Both the position numbers and the translations under genes were made by a program. Positions 1 to 8,934 of a DNA stretch of 64,000 bases are shown in pieces; position 1 is the stretch's first letter, and every line of letters begins with the position of its first letter. Below the pieces are notes generated by a model that was given only the letters and a program-made list of their open reading frames with translations, did no database searches and was not told the DNA's origin. Origin of the DNA: Patescibacteria group bacterium (GTDB taxonomy: Bacteria; Patescibacteriota; Patescibacteriia; Patescibacteriales; JAQTRU01); assembly GCA_028716725.1 (NCBI GenBank), contig JAQUPG010000001.1, forward strand, positions 47,660 to 111,659, in the 5' to 3' direction.

Positions 1-141
<141 letters not shown>

Positions 142-147
142 GAAGTT

Positions 148-177
148 TTGACAGGCCAAAGAGAGGTATGATAAAAT
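148..177 (+). promoter_or_regulatory. sigma70-like promoter for trxA
   Basis: TTGACA at 148-153, an 18-nt spacer ending in TGa, and TAAAAT at 172-177, about 33 nt upstream of the ATG at 210. Confidence 0.6.
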
Positions 178-209
178 ACTTTTATGTTTAATAATTTAGA
201 AAAGAATTT

Positions 210-533
210 ATGGCAAAAGTTTTTAATGATGAGAATTTTAATAAAGAAGTTATAGAAGCTTCTAAGATCAAGCCGGTTTTGGTTGATTTTTTTGCCGTCT
301 GGTGCGGGCCTTGCAAAATTCAGGGTCCGATTATTGATGAAGTGGCAGAAGAAATGGGGGATAAGGCAATTGTCGGCAAGCTTAATACGGAAGAAGCCCC
401 GGAAACTTCATCGCAATATGGGGTTATGAGCATCCCGACCTTAATCTTATTTAAAGGCGGAGAGCCGAAAGAAACTTTAAACGGCCTGCACCCCAAGGAA
501 GCTTTAGCGGAAGTGATCAAGAAATATTTATAA
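210..533 (+). CDS. trxA: thioredoxin
   Basis: 107 aa with the WCGPC active site and thioredoxin-fold sequence (VLVDFFAVWCGPCK..SIPTLILFKGG). Confidence 0.95.
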   Translation: MAKVFNDENFNKEVIEASKIKPVLVDFFAVWCGPCKIQGPIIDEVAEEMGDKAIVGKLNTEEAPETSSQYGVMSIPTLILFKGGEPKETLNGLHPKEALAEVIKKYL

Positions 534-534
534 A

Positions 535-574
535 CCCCGTTAGAAATAATACCCCGCTGGAATTTCTAACGGGG
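535..574. repeat. REP-like hairpin, family CCCCGTTAGAAAT/ATTTCTAACGGGG (copy 1)
   Basis: Perfect 13-bp arms at 535-547 and 562-574 with a 14-nt loop, starting 2 nt after the trxA stop. The same arm sequence recurs at 9094, 12577 and 40230/40321. Confidence 0.8.
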
Positions 575-590
575 TAAACAGCATAAAAAA

Positions 591-620
591 ACCACCCCGG
601 ATAACCCGGGGTGGTTTTTT
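591..620. terminator. bidirectional rho-independent terminator (trxA and convergent zinc-ribbon gene)
   Basis: accaccccgg-ataa-cccggggtgg stem, flanked by an A-run upstream and a T-run at 615-620. Confidence 0.85.
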
Positions 621-706
621 AGATGTTGGTTTAATTACCGATAAGAGTTTATGTTATCTTATGATAGATTAAAGTTTCCAACTTGTCCCGCTTCTAAGGG
701 CGGGGC

Positions 707-877
707 TTATCTCCTCGGCCGACTGTCACGTCTTTGTCTGTGGCAGTCACGGCAGAAAATTGGCCTGTCTCCGTCCGGTTGAAAAGGCAGTTCGGTAATT
801 TCACAACCGCAGCCAGAGCAGGTCCAGTTTCCCTGGTACATTTGGCGTTGGCCAAAGGAGCTGTTTTGATCGCTCAT
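707..877 (-). CDS. small zinc-ribbon protein (CxxC-x17-CxxC), 56 aa, absent from ORF track (<60 aa)
   Basis: Reverse strand reads MSDQNSSFGQRQMYQGNWTCSGCGCEITELPFQPDGDRPIFCRDCHRQRRDSRPRR*. It has two CxxC pairs and its own promoter at 954-982. Confidence 0.7.
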   Translation of the reverse strand: MSDQNSSFGQRQMYQGNWTCSGCGCEITELPFQPDGDRPIFCRDCHRQRRDSRPRR

Positions 878-953
878 TTAATGCTTTTTTGTCTTGCTTA
901 ACTTAAATTTTTAAAAAATAAGCCGGGCAAAACTCTTAATTAATTATGAATAA

Positions 954-982
954 AGTGTAGCATATAGTCGCAGTTTTGTCCA
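954..982 (-). promoter_or_regulatory. promoter for zinc-ribbon gene 707..877
   Basis: Minus strand reads TGGACA (982-977), a 17-nt spacer, then TACACT (959-954). Confidence 0.5.
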
Positions 983-991
983 TTATGAATA

Positions 992-1066
992 CCTCTCCCC
1001 CCAGCCCCCTCTCCTAATTAGGAGAGGGGGAGGAGACCCGCCAGCTGGCGGGACGACGGGGTGAGG
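992..1066. repeat. nested GC-rich palindromic element (copy A)
   Basis: Sequence CCTCTCCCC..CCCCTCTCCTAATTAGGAGAGGGG..CCCGCCAGCTGGCGGG..GGGGTGAGG. Homologous copies lie at 17158-17218 and inside tsaD at 30338-30392. Confidence 0.85.
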
Positions 1067-1072
1067 TAAATG

Positions 1073-1104
1073 AAAAAGGACGCGGAATGCAATGCGTCCT
1101 TTTT
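1073..1104. terminator. bidirectional terminator downstream of gene 1134..1364
   Basis: aggacgc-ggaatgcaat-gcgtcct stem with an A-run before and a T-run after. Confidence 0.75.
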
Positions 1105-1133
1105 GCGTACTTTTTTGGTAGTCTGGGTATTAC

Positions 1134-1364
1134 TTATACGATTTTGAAACCGAGTTTTTCCAATTCTTCCGCCGCCTTGTTAGGCGGGATACCCAGACCA
1201 TAGGCGTATGTATTTGCCAGAGAAAGATCTATGGGTGTGAGCATATTATCCTCATCCCCCGGCCACTTTACGCCCGCCACATCAGCTTCTTCTCCTACGC
1301 CCGCTACTTCGCTGTCGTCTCCCGTTACTACTGCTACGCCGGTTCCGCCTGTTTGTTGGCTCAT
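1134..1364 (-). CDS. hypothetical acidic protein, 76 aa
   Basis: ATG preceded by a strong SD (agagGGAGGaaagt). No motif recognised. Confidence 0.6.
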   Translation of the reverse strand: MSQQTGGTGVAVVTGDDSEVAGVGEEADVAGVKWPGDEDNMLTPIDLSLANTYAYGLGIPPNKAAEELEKLGFKIV

Positions 1365-1421
1365 ACTTTCCTCCCTCTTTTTGGTTAAGGCTTGTTTTAA
1401 AATAGCGAAATCACAATTTTT

Positions 1422-1497
1422 AAAGCCGCTTCCTTCAGGGAGAGCGGCTTTAGTTTTATGTAATCTATTTTTTAAGTCTAATTTTTAAGCCGCTCTA
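1422..1497 (-). promoter_or_regulatory. possible attenuator in the ~245-nt leader of gene 1134..1364
   Basis: Three mutually exclusive pairing segments on the mRNA strand. AGAGCGGCUU (1497-1488) can pair with AAGCCGCUCU (1450-1441). That segment can alternatively pair with AAGCGGCUU (1431-1423), followed by a weak U-run. Confidence 0.3.
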
Positions 1498-1614
1498 ATA
1501 TGGAAAGTTTTCCACAAATATAAACAAAACTTACCTTAAAAACTAAGCTCGTCTTTTTTAGTGAATTTTGGCGGTTTATCCACATATATTTTTTATTTAT
1601 TTCCCTGTATTAAC

Positions 1615-1643
1615 ATAATAATACAGCTTAAAAAACTTGTCAA
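1615..1643 (-). promoter_or_regulatory. sigma70-like promoter reading toward gene 1134..1364
   Basis: Minus strand reads TTGACA (1643-1638), a 17-nt spacer, then TATTAT (1620-1615). Confidence 0.55.
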
Positions 1644-1746
1644 GAATTTAGGTATATTTCCTTATCTGCATGGAAATTTTTTTTTCAGAGCTTTAGATTC
1701 CGCGTCGCTTCGTCTCGCCCCGCACCTTTGTGGTGTGGGGTCAAGT

Positions 1747-2829
1747 TTATCTTGTTAAAATGGCTGCCAGTTGCTTAATTAATGATACTACCACCGGGGG
1801 AGATAATAAGCTGTAAGCTTCCCGGCCTTGGTCATCCTTAATTGTCCAGGGTTTTTCTATTACTTTAACTTTATTATTCTTTTCCAGCTTATAAACGTAC
1901 TCCGGGGTAATTTCGTAATTATCAACCAGTTTTTTCGCTTCTTTAACCGGAATGGAATTACGCAAAAGAATTTTTGGCACGCCATGGAGAGAAAAAACTT
2001 TATCAATCAATTTATCATCCAGTTCAATCCTGGCCCTGATTGACTCAATGCCCAGATTATCTCCTTCTTTGGCGCTCATGCGGGCTCCGTTGCAGGCCGG
2101 GTCGTCGCAGATCAGATAAAATTTCTTTTCTTCCTTGTCATAGCCGACTTTTTGCGTAGCCAGAAGCTTTAAATTGCGGGGGGTCTGGCATTTCGGGCAG
2201 ACGACGCGGTATTTCATGCGCTCGTCAATTACCGCTTCCGGAATATCAATCGCCGCAAAAATATCCGGGTCCTGCCGGTAGTTAATCAGGTCGCGGAAAT
2301 AAAGAGAATAGGAAACCTGGTCAAGTTCGCGGGGAAAGCCGTCGATAAAAAGAGTTTTTTTCGGCATCTTATCAATTTCTCTTTTTACCAGGGTAAGGAT
2401 AAATTCCGTGGGCAGCAAAGTTTTTGTGTCCCGCGCCAGGAGCGCCCTTATCGCCTCGTCAACGGAAATATAGCCGCGGTAATTTTTAGCCAGGTATTCT
2501 ACCAGCTCTTTCTTTTTCTTTTTGTCATCCATATCCCTATGGACGCTTCTCACGACATCGCCGACGGAAATATGGCCGATTTTATCTTCCCCGAATATTT
2601 CCATCATCAGTTTTGAATAAGTGCCTTTGCCCGAATTCTTTTTACCCAGCCAATAAGCGATAAAAGTGTTGTTTTTTAAATATTTTTTCAGTTCCTTAAT
2701 TTCCTTTCCCGCCTTGGCTTCAAAATATTTCTTCCTTTCCGCCGGAATGGCTAAGTTGAATTTTTTTCCCGAACTTTTTACTTTGGTTTTGGATAGTGTT
2801 AAGGGGAAATCTTTTTCGTAATTTTTCAT
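1747..2829 (-). CDS. adenylate/nucleoside-monophosphate kinase-like protein with zinc LID and N/C extensions (360 aa)
   Basis: P-loop GKKNSGKGT and a LID-like CPKC...CDDPAC four-Cys cluster. At 360 aa it is much longer than canonical Adk (~215 aa). Confidence 0.5.
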   Translation of the reverse strand: MKNYEKDFPLTLSKTKVKSSGKKFNLAIPAERKKYFEAKAGKEIKELKKYLKNNTFIAYWLGKKNSGKGTYSKLMMEIFGEDKIGHISVGDVVRSVHRDMDDKKKKKELVEYLAKNYRGYISVDEAIRALLARDTKTLLPTEFILTLVKREIDKMPKKTLFIDGFPRELDQVSYSLYFRDLINYRQDPDIFAAIDIPEAVIDERMKYRVVCPKCQTPRNLKLLATQKVGYDKEEKKFYLICDDPACNGARMSAKEGDNLGIESIRARIELDDKLIDKVFSLHGVPKILLRNSIPVKEAKKLVDNYEITPEYVYKLEKNNKVKVIEKPWTIKDDQGREAYSLLSPPVVVSLIKQLAAILTR

Positions 2830-2835
2830 GTTTTT

Positions 2836-2913
2836 AAATAATATAAAAATAAAATAATAAAATAATAAAATAATAAATCTTATTTTTATATTATTATTTT
2901 ATTTTATTATTTT
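2836..2913. repeat. AT-only palindrome carrying the dispersed AAAATAATATAAAAA word in both orientations
   Basis: aataatataaaaataa at 2841-2856 and its exact reverse complement at 2881-2896, lying between the adk-like start and the response-regulator stop. Confidence 0.8.
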
Positions 2914-3278
2914 AAGTGTTCTTTAATTTTTTTGCTAATCTCCGCCGGAGTCAGGCTGGCCTTAACCCAATAATCAGCCGCGCCTAATGTTTCGCCCTTT
3001 TTCTTATCCTCGTCCGTGCCTAGATTGGTAAGCATAATCACCGGTATGCCCTTAGTTTTACTGTCCGCTTTCAGATCTTTTAAAATTGAAAATCCATCCA
3101 ATTGGGGGAGCATGACGTCAAGCATTATAAGGTTCGGCTTTTCTTTTTTGGCGGTTTCCAAACCGGCCGGGCCGTCATTGGCGACAAGGCAGGCAAAGCC
3201 GTCAGCTTCAAATTTAGTTTTATACATTGAGCAGATCATCTGGTCGTCTTCGACGATAAGAATTTTCTTCTTATCCAT
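2907..3278 (-). CDS. single-domain response regulator (REC only)
   Basis: 123 aa, KILIVEDD..LIMLDVMLPQLDG..K, a CheY-like receiver with no output domain. Confidence 0.9.
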   Translation of the reverse strand: MDKKKILIVEDDQMICSMYKTKFEADGFACLVANDGPAGLETAKKEKPNLIMLDVMLPQLDGFSILKDLKADSKTKGIPVIMLTNLGTDEDKKKGETLGAADYWVKASLTPAEISKKIKEHLK

Positions 3279-3283
3279 AGTTA

Positions 3284-3928
3284 TTATAGGTTAAAAATTA
3301 CTAATTCCATATCTTCGGCCGGCAGGTCTTTTTTGCTGATTTTCAGCTTTTCTTCAATCGTCGGCTTAAGCCCTAGCTCTTTTATAAATTTATCAATTCC
3401 GTCAAGGTTTATTTTTAAATCCTTGGTTTTGTAATGCATCGGGATAACAATCCGCGGTTCAATCTGGGAAACGACTTCCACCGCGTTTTTGGCGTCTAAA
3501 GTATAAACCCCGCCGACCGGAACCAACAAGATATCAGCTCCGCCGATTTTTTCCAATTGCTTGTTATCTAAAATATGCCCCAAATCCCCCAGATGGACAA
3601 TGGTTATGTCGTCAATTTCAATCCTATACATTATGTTTTTTCCCTGCTTCGCGCCCTCCTTGTCGTCATGGTATGACTCCACGCCTTCTATCATTACTCC
3701 CCGCCGGTCGTATTCGCCGGCGCTGTCGATTATAAACGGATTGCCGCGTAGAGCGCTCGTGTTGTTATGGTCATGATGGTTATGGCTGACGGTTACGATA
3801 TCAGCCTCAAAATTAGGCACTTTTAAGCCAATTAATTTATCAAAAGGGTCGGTAACTAAAGTGACTCCGTCCGGAGTTGTTTTGTCTTGGATTTTAAAGC
3901 AGGAATGCCCTAGCCAGGATATATACAT
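3284..3928 (-). CDS. MBL-fold metal-dependent hydrolase (UPF0173-like)
   Basis: MYISWLGHSCFKI..VSHNHHDHNN motif; 214 aa. Confidence 0.85.
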   Translation of the reverse strand: MYISWLGHSCFKIQDKTTPDGVTLVTDPFDKLIGLKVPNFEADIVTVSHNHHDHNNTSALRGNPFIIDSAGEYDRRGVMIEGVESYHDDKEGAKQGKNIMYRIEIDDITIVHLGDLGHILDNKQLEKIGGADILLVPVGGVYTLDAKNAVEVVSQIEPRIVIPMHYKTKDLKINLDGIDKFIKELGLKPTIEEKLKISKKDLPAEDMELVIFNL

Positions 3929-4005
3929 AATTCGTTGTTTTATAATAAAAATAGGCCTTAAACCTATTTTTATTATAGCAAAATTGAGGTGGGTGTCAAT
4001 GTTAA

Positions 4006-4311
4006 TTATTTTTGCAATTGGCTCACCGTTTCTTTCATCTCTTTTTTGAAGTTCTCTATTTCATTTTTTACCATTTTCTCGTAGCCGGGGATATTATCCG
4101 ACAAAAATTCATTTATTTTTTCAGAATCTTTTGATTTAAAAATTTCGTCAAACTCTCCCTTTTTGCTTTCGGGAATTTTTTCTAAGGCCACGATTAGAAT
4201 TCTTTTTAAAAGCGCTTCCGTCATCGCTAAGAGGACCTCTTCTCTTTTGTCTTCCGGCAATTGGTTTAACCCCAAATCTTCTATAATGTTTTCTTTTAAT
4301 TTTTTGGGCAT
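4006..4311 (-). CDS. small helical hypothetical protein, 101 aa
   Basis: ORF lies directly downstream of and co-oriented with the giant gene. No catalytic motif recognised. Confidence 0.55.
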   Translation of the reverse strand: MPKKLKENIIEDLGLNQLPEDKREEVLLAMTEALLKRILIVALEKIPESKKGEFDEIFKSKDSEKINEFLSDNIPGYEKMVKNEIENFKKEMKETVSQLQK

Positions 4312-4371
4312 AATTTTAAGTTATAACTAATAAATTGTAATAAATTTTACAGTCAGGTTTTATTTAGCTTT

Positions 4372-7300
4372 CTAAAATTTATCCCGGTTAAATGAATTTA
4401 GTATTGGCCAGTCTTGTATTCTTTGCAATCTTATTCCCGCATCTAATTTTTCAGTAGAACTCAGATCCTTTACTCCTGATCTAAAGTAGTCATATATATT
4501 TTTCAGGGCAGTTTCACCATTTCCCTTACTGCTCTCCGATAAGTAGTACTCGGCCACGGGGTTATTTTCTCTGATTAAATAATTAAACATCCATTTTTTC
4601 ATTTTTGGATTTTTAATTTTAAATTCTTCACTCATAATTTTTGCGAGATTATCCCGAATTTCCTGTTTCCCAATAAAATTATCTTCTATTAATTTTTGCG
4701 TTAAAGACTTCGTGTCCTGCTGGCCGGCCGTTTCATATACTTGTTTCGCTTTTTCCAGTAAGCCATTTCTTAGGTTTTCTTTTTGGTCGTATAATTCGGC
4801 TAATTTTCTGTATTCCGCGGCGGCTCCGGCTTTAATATTATATTTATCAAACAGGGCCCTGGCTTCTTCATTTTTTTCAATCAGCTTTAAAAATTTGCCT
4901 GTGAACTTTCCGTTCTTAAGAACGTCTTTGCCGCCGTTAAGGATTTTCATTTGCTCGGCCAGGGAATCCTGGTGGGCTTCCAATGCCATATAAGCGACAG
5001 ATGCAGTATTGCTTTGATCGGGGCCTATTTCTAATCCGGCTTTTTTTATTTTTTCAAAAATTTCATTATCTTCGTCGCTTAAGTTAAGTTCATCTATTTT
5101 CTTTCCTATCCCTTTGTAGTACTTCCAGGAGTCAAAAGATTCTTCTGTGGCTGGGGGGCCATTTTTTAGATCAGTCAGGTCGTCAAACGATTTAGAAAGA
5201 TTTTTCGCCGTTTCCTCGTAAGTTGCCACGCCCTCATTATATTGTTCTATCGTTTCTTTTAACCCCTGACTTAAGTTTTCCGTATCTCCGTCATAACTTG
5301 TAAATACCCTGGATTTATCATAATCAATTTTTGTTTGTTCATACAAAGTGTTACCTAGAGGTTTTTTATCGTCAAAAAATTTAGTAACTTCATCGGCCTC
5401 CTGACCCTGTAATTGCGATTCTTCTGGCATTAGCCCAGTAATTTTATTAAAACTATTTTCCTTTATTTCCCCTGTGGAAATATCAGCTTCAGTAAATTTC
5501 GTAGTTCCTTTTTCAATTATCCCGTCTTTAGCAGTTATTTTTTCATCAATTACCGTCTTTGAGTCTATGCCCGGTTTTTGATTAACAACGGTTTCGCTTG
5601 TTGAAGAAACTATTATTCCCTTAGCTAAAAGACGTTCTCTAAACTCTTCCGCTAACAACGGTTTGTCCAAACTGTCTATCCCCAGTTTTTCTGCTTGTAT
5701 TTGCGCCAATTCGTTATTAGTGAGACTCCCATCCATGGTCGCTTCTTTTAAATCCTCAACTTCAAGACCATATTTTTCTGCTGTATCTTTTTTCCAAGAC
5801 TCCATTTGTTCTTTGAGTCTTGTTATTTTTTCTTCCTGAGATTCTATCCCCGGCCTTTCCGGCGCTTCTTCGGGAGGAGGAGCAACTTCCGGCCTCTCGG
5901 ATTGGGTTATAACCTCTTCCGGTTTTGGCACTAGCGGCGTTTCCTTAATTTTATAATCATTAACAAAATTTTTAATGTTCTGGTTAAAAGCATCTTCGTG
6001 GTAAGTGTTTTTGCTCGTCTCCACTATTTCTTTTATTCTATCTAATCTTTCCTGTGCCTGGTCAGGCGTAAGATTAAATTTTTCAAGCTCATTTCTTAAA
6101 ACCGATATTTCTCTTGACCAGCCCAAAATTATTTGTTTATTATGTTCCACCGATAATCCTTTTTTGGCAACATCATTAATTATTTTCCCGTATGACTGTT
6201 GGTCCAAATTTTCCTGGCCATCAAAGATTTTCATTTCCGGTATCACTTTTTTTTCTCCGCCTATTTCCTCAACGGGCTTAACTGGCTCTGGCGGAGTTTC
6301 CGTTTTCACCGGCGCTTCCTGGGGGCGAGCAACTTCCGGCTTTTCGGATTGGGTTATGATTTCTTCCGGCTCTTTGCCAATTGGTTTTGGTTCAGCCCCA
6401 TGTTCTTCTGGTGTTATTGGCGTTTGTTTTCCTATTAGTTCCTCTTCCGGAGTTTTTCCTTCTTCCCAAATTTTTCTTGCTTCTTCCTCCATTCCTTTCA
6501 GGCGGAATTCAGCTTCTTGTTTAAATAGATTTAAATTATTTCCCACTTGTTCTGGATTATTAAGGTCCGTGTGCTCATAAAATTTATCACTTTGTTCCGG
6601 GGGTAACTGGCTAATTTTTCCTCCCCATTTTTCCCAGAACTGGCTGGCTTTTTTAGCTTCCAGTTTGTCCATTCTTGCCCACCAGCTGCCTTCAGCCCTG
6701 TTAGTATTGAAATAATTTTGTACTTCTTGCGGTACGCCCCTGTCGGTTAGACCGGCTTCAATTTTATCATAAATATTTTTTAAGGTATCTTTTTCATCCA
6801 TGCTTATCCCGGAAGTCTTTAAAACATAAATCTGGCCATCTGCAGTTCTTATCAACGTATCGTCAGGATGAACCAAATTAGCGTCACCCACGATTATATT
6901 GCCATCAGGGTTGATAACATGTACAGTCGCGTTTTCGGCCATGCCTACGCCTAGAATTTTAGAAATATTGCCCCCTTCTGGTATTTGGTCTACACTTAAA
7001 ACTTTTTGGCTTTCAGTAAGTTCTGCGAGTTTTTCAAAAATTTTCGGATTTAACTCCGCCATTTTTTGGATATTGGCAAGATCGGAGGGATCTTCTAAAA
7101 TCGCCAATTTTACGTTTTCGGGCCAGTCGGATTTTAGGATGTTTTCTCCCAGATCATTAATTTTTCCGTCAGTAAAAATTTTCCCAATTAAAGTTGGGGC
7201 CTTCTCTTGCAGCTCTTGTATATTCCCGAATTCTTCAGCTGATAGTGGTTCGCTGATAGTCGGTATGCCTAATCTATCTGATTGAATTTTTGCTATATCC

Positions 7301-8934
7301 CCCAGATCAAGTTTTCCGTCTTCAGTAACATCTTTTAAATCCTCAACTTTAATACCAAATTTGTTTTCAAACTCCAGTCTTGTTTCCTGGATATCTTTAA
7401 TTTTTCCGACTGCCTCGGCTATTTTTTTATCCGCTGACATCGGCGGTTCTCCCATTCCTCCCGTTTCTGCCCCAGACTCGGGAATTAAGCCGGTTTTCTT
7501 CCCGATAAACTCAAAGCCAGCGCCGAGTTTTTTCCCCACCCAATCTTTCCATTCATCCGGAATGTGTTCAGCAACAGCTTTGCTGGCCCATCCCGAACCG
7601 ACTAAAATTCCTCCCGCAGTTGCTATTATACTTCGTCTTATTTCTTCCCACTGCTTTTTATCCGTCAGTTCAAATATTTTATTATCTAATTCTTCGTTTT
7701 GCTCCTTTAAGCTTTCAAGTAAATTTTCAACGTCAAATTGTTTAAGAAGATCTTCTTCAGTCTCTTTTTCCTGCGAGCGCTTCATCCAGGCCTCAAAAAA
7801 TAAAGCTGACCCAGCTCCGCTCAAAACCCTTTGCAAAGTTTTGGCACTAATCACTCCCGTCCCCATAGCTACCCCAACCGCTCCGCCGATAGTCCCAGCT
7901 GCAACCCCACCGACGAGAAGTAAACTACCTACCGATACTTTTTTCCAAGTCCTCTGCTTGCGGTACCAGCTTACCGCTTCCAGACTTTTTTTCATCAGCC
8001 AGCCCGACTTTTCCGCCTTTTTGTCGGTTTTAAGATTGAAGATTTCCGTTGCTTCTTTGGCGGTTGTTTCAATTAATAGCTGTTTGGCGTATCTTTCTAA
8101 CTCTTCCTTGCTTTTGGGGTTACCCTCTAATTTCACTTCTTTCGCCTCCAGCATTTTTTGCTTATATTCATTAATAGCCAGCAAATATTCTTCTTTGGCT
8201 TCGTCAATATTTTCTTTATTTGATAAGCATTCAACGTATTTTTCTCTGGCCAATTTGACTTTTTTCTTAAATTCATTTTCTTCTTTTTCTTCCTTGGTTT
8301 CCGGCGCTTCTTTGCTTTGGGTTTCCGGAGCCGGCGTCGATTCTAATCCGGTTTGAGAGGTTTCTTCCTCTTTAATTCCCAACTTTTCTGACAATTCAGA
8401 TTTTTCTTTTTCAAGCAAATCAATTCTTTTTTGGTGTCCCTCTTTACTTTTTCTCTTTTTGGCGTTTTTTAAATCAATCCTTAGATTTCCCAAAGTTTTT
8501 TTAATTTTTTCAAGCCTTTTTTCCAGTTTTAATCTTTCCGCTTTCGATTCAAATTTAGGCGGAGTTTGACTTTCCGGCTTTTCTACAAAAGGGCCGATAG
8601 ATTTCATCCCTTCCAAACTTCTTTCCAGTTTTCTCATTTCTTGTTCTTCTGTCGGAGTCGGATTTTTTTTTTCTGTCTCTGGAGTTTTTTCTTCGGGCAT
8701 TATGCTTTCCATATTCTCTACGTCTTTCTCTAATTTTTTCATTTCTTGTTCTTCCAGAGTTAAATTTAAATTTTTCTCTTCCTCAGGTTTAGGCATAAGA
8801 TTTTCCGTGTCGCCGCTATTCAATTCTCTTTCAAGTTTTTTTCTTTTTTCCTCTTCTCCAAGTGGCCTTTTTAAAATTTTATCTTCGGGTTTTTCTCCTC
8901 CTCCTTGAGGAAGGATCGTGTCCGGTGATTTCAT
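4372..8934 (-). CDS. giant (~1520 aa) coiled-coil/low-complexity membrane protein
   Basis: Continuous ORF. The first ATG is at 8934 (MKSPDT..); the ORF track begins at a TTG at 8958. It has E/K-rich heptad-like N-terminal repeats (EEQEMKKLEK / EEQEMRKLER) and a Gly/Ala-rich TM block (VSVGSLLLVGGVAAGTIGGAVGVAMGTGV). Internally duplicated modules include FGIKVEDLKDVTEDGKLD.. versus YGLEVEDLKEATMDGSLT... Confidence 0.8.
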   Translation of the reverse strand: MKSPDTILPQGGGEKPEDKILKRPLGEEEKRKKLERELNSGDTENLMPKPEEEKNLNLTLEEQEMKKLEKDVENMESIMPEEKTPETEKKNPTPTEEQEMRKLERSLEGMKSIGPFVEKPESQTPPKFESKAERLKLEKRLEKIKKTLGNLRIDLKNAKKRKSKEGHQKRIDLLEKEKSELSEKLGIKEEETSQTGLESTPAPETQSKEAPETKEEKEENEFKKKVKLAREKYVECLSNKENIDEAKEEYLLAINEYKQKMLEAKEVKLEGNPKSKEELERYAKQLLIETTAKEATEIFNLKTDKKAEKSGWLMKKSLEAVSWYRKQRTWKKVSVGSLLLVGGVAAGTIGGAVGVAMGTGVISAKTLQRVLSGAGSALFFEAWMKRSQEKETEEDLLKQFDVENLLESLKEQNEELDNKIFELTDKKQWEEIRRSIIATAGGILVGSGWASKAVAEHIPDEWKDWVGKKLGAGFEFIGKKTGLIPESGAETGGMGEPPMSADKKIAEAVGKIKDIQETRLEFENKFGIKVEDLKDVTEDGKLDLGDIAKIQSDRLGIPTISEPLSAEEFGNIQELQEKAPTLIGKIFTDGKINDLGENILKSDWPENVKLAILEDPSDLANIQKMAELNPKIFEKLAELTESQKVLSVDQIPEGGNISKILGVGMAENATVHVINPDGNIIVGDANLVHPDDTLIRTADGQIYVLKTSGISMDEKDTLKNIYDKIEAGLTDRGVPQEVQNYFNTNRAEGSWWARMDKLEAKKASQFWEKWGGKISQLPPEQSDKFYEHTDLNNPEQVGNNLNLFKQEAEFRLKGMEEEARKIWEEGKTPEEELIGKQTPITPEEHGAEPKPIGKEPEEIITQSEKPEVARPQEAPVKTETPPEPVKPVEEIGGEKKVIPEMKIFDGQENLDQQSYGKIINDVAKKGLSVEHNKQIILGWSREISVLRNELEKFNLTPDQAQERLDRIKEIVETSKNTYHEDAFNQNIKNFVNDYKIKETPLVPKPEEVITQSERPEVAPPPEEAPERPGIESQEEKITRLKEQMESWKKDTAEKYGLEVEDLKEATMDGSLTNNELAQIQAEKLGIDSLDKPLLAEEFRERLLAKGIIVSSTSETVVNQKPGIDSKTVIDEKITAKDGIIEKGTTKFTEADISTGEIKENSFNKITGLMPEESQLQGQEADEVTKFFDDKKPLGNTLYEQTKIDYDKSRVFTSYDGDTENLSQGLKETIEQYNEGVATYEETAKNLSKSFDDLTDLKNGPPATEESFDSWKYYKGIGKKIDELNLSDEDNEIFEKIKKAGLEIGPDQSNTASVAYMALEAHQDSLAEQMKILNGGKDVLKNGKFTGKFLKLIEKNEEARALFDKYNIKAGAAAEYRKLAELYDQKENLRNGLLEKAKQVYETAGQQDTKSLTQKLIEDNFIGKQEIRDNLAKIMSEEFKIKNPKMKKWMFNYLIRENNPVAEYYLSESSKGNGETALKNIYDYFRSGVKDLSSTEKLDAGIRLQRIQDWPILNSFNRDKF

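Noticed and set aside
2836-2913. Possible CRISPR-like or minisatellite array in the AT-only repeats
   Set aside because: There are no regularly spaced unique spacers. It is a single palindrome of a dispersed 15-mer, and no cas genes are present in the window.
7361-8356. 331-aa plus-strand ORF (and 6005..6580, 6899..7285, 4712..4993) antisense to the giant gene
   Set aside because: The translations are S/F/L-rich low complexity produced by reading the complement of GAA/AAA-rich (E/K) codons, which contains no stop codons. There is no SD or promoter, and the sense ORF is far longer and has protein-like repeats.
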